A stretch of 64,000 nucleotides of DNA, taken from assembly GCA_034003955.1 (NCBI GenBank), contig JAVEXO010000001.1:72756-136755 (forward strand). The letters are read 5' to 3'. The notes below the pieces were generated by a model. The model was not told the origin of the DNA. It ran no database searches and saw only the letters and a list, made by a program, of their open reading frames with translations. The translations under genes were made by a program, and so were the position numbers. The stretch's first letter is position 1; the number at the start of each line of letters is the position of its first letter. Below are positions 63,260-64,000 of this stretch, one piece after another. The stretch comes from Spirochaetia bacterium (GTDB lineage Bacteria > Spirochaetota > Spirochaetia > Treponematales > UBA12059).

Positions 63260-63339
63260 GATGCTCCTCCCGCCCCCAAGACTCGTATAGGCGTGCTATA
63301 GTCTAAACGTAAATACCAATGAAAGCGAGGGATTCAGCG

Positions 63340-64000
63340 ATGCCTATTGCCAACGCCGTCAAGGCTAGCCTTGAACGTGGTTCATGGATACGAAGGATGT
63401 TTGAGGCTGGAATAGAACTCAAGGCCCGATTGGGCACCGATAAAGTGTTTGATTTTTCCCTTGGCAATCCCGATTTAGAGCCACCGCCTGAATTCATAGC
63501 CGCGCTCAAGGCCGCCGCTATGAGCGAGGAGACCGGTACCCATGCCTACATGACCAATGCCGGCTACGGCTTTGCTCGCTCTGCGATGGCTCAGAAGGTA
63601 GCGCTGGAGCATGACGTGCCGACTACTGCCGACGACATCATCATGACGGTCGGCGCAGCGGGTGCCCTGAACGTCATCCTCAGGTCTGTCGTCAATCCAG
63701 GGGATGAGGTGGTCGTAGTTCGCCCCTACTTTGCAGAATACTCAGCATACATAGAAAACCATAACAGCGTCATGGTTGTGGCAGACTCATCCCCTACATT
63801 CGACCTCGACCCCATTGCCTTGTCCCGCGTGCTCACAAACAGGACCGCTGCCGTCATCATCAACACCCCGAACAATCCCACAGGCAGGGTCTATCCCAGA
63901 CGGGCCATAGAGGCACTTGCCGGCGTACTGCTGGCTCACGGGAAGAGTTCTGGTCGCTCGCCATATCTAGTCATAGACGAACCCTATAGAGACATAGTCT
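63340..64000 (+). CDS. class I/II pyridoxal-phosphate-dependent aminotransferase (partial; C-terminus beyond the window)
   Basis: My translation from ATG 63340: MPIANAVKASLERGSWIRRMFEAGIELKARLGTDKVFDFSLGNPDLEPPPEF...YMTNAGYGFARSAMAQKV...IIMTVGAAGALN...GDEVVVVRPYFAEY. Confidence 0.8.
   Translation, partial: MPIANAVKASLERGSWIRRMFEAGIELKARLGTDKVFDFSLGNPDLEPPPEFIAALKAAAMSEETGTHAYMTNAGYGFARSAMAQKVALEHDVPTTADDIIMTVGAAGALNVILRSVVNPGDEVVVVRPYFAEYSAYIENHNSVMVVADSSPTFDLDPIALSRVLTNRTAAVIINTPNNPTGRVYPRRAIEALAGVLLAHGKSSGRSPYLVIDEPYRDIV

Noticed and set aside
1-64000. A search for CRISPR arrays, tRNA/rRNA genes, IS elements, integrases, prophage or defense-island signatures.
   Set aside because: No non-coding stretch exceeds about 320 bp. 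There are no spaced direct repeats, no T-loop-like GGTTCGAATCC motifs in intergenic regions, and no transposase, integrase or phage-like ORFs. The only accessory-looking gene is the lone DUF4143 ATPase.

Overview
This is a densely coding 64-kb chromosomal window with about 55 protein genes. I found no rRNA, tRNA, CRISPR array, transposase, integrase or phage genes. The longest non-coding stretch is about 320 bp (12915-13238). The gene content suggests a motile, anaerobic, diderm bacterium, and several architectures (Dak2-DegV fusion, DUF438 proteins, flavodiiron protein, Cys-type FdhA plus Fhs) resemble free-living spirochaetes. That taxonomic impression comes only from reading the proteins and is not verified.

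Genes in order:
- S41 C-terminal protease (partial)
- cheR-cheB, then an untracked 51-codon ORF
- Nfu-type NifU, an NDH-2::DoxX fusion, a polyprenyl-PP synthase
- fhs, murA
- an LptF/G-like membrane-protein pair
- a four-gene PspA module
- SDR, a SpoU/TrmJ-like methylase, a secreted protein
- a sigma-54 activator with no DNA-binding domain, divergent from a GHKL-like/HDOD gene
- M15 peptidase, a DEAD-box-like protein whose catalytic motifs are all degenerate
- GlcNAc kinase, nagA-nagB, glgP, GH2 hydrolase
- DUF4143 ATPase
- a GlpA-like/oxidoreductase/DUF1667 trio
- a membrane protein/ECF sigma/anti-sigma operon, hsp20
- 5'-nucleotidase lipoprotein, TPR protein
- an AgrC-like kinase divergent from a LytTR regulator
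- an esterase/GDPD/MFS lipid-salvage cluster
- MCP, plsY divergent from a Dak2-DegV fusion
- an fprA-cupin-nuoEF-fdhA string
- two DUF438 hemerythrin/PAS paralogs with an EFR1-type ferredoxin and a GT-B glycosyltransferase-like gene
- an aminotransferase (partial)

I cannot point to one clear-cut new system. The best candidates for follow-up are:
- the non-canonical Psp module (13.2-15.6 kb)
- the sigma-54 activator without an HTH, together with its candidate -24/-12 promoter (17.9-19.3 kb)
- the pseudo-helicase (21.7-23.6 kb)
- the redox/O2-NO island around FDH (51.5-63.3 kb), which includes a perfect in-frame 18-bp tandem repeat inside the NuoE-like domain

Every functional call is motif recognition by eye on the translated ORFs. 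No database search was possible.
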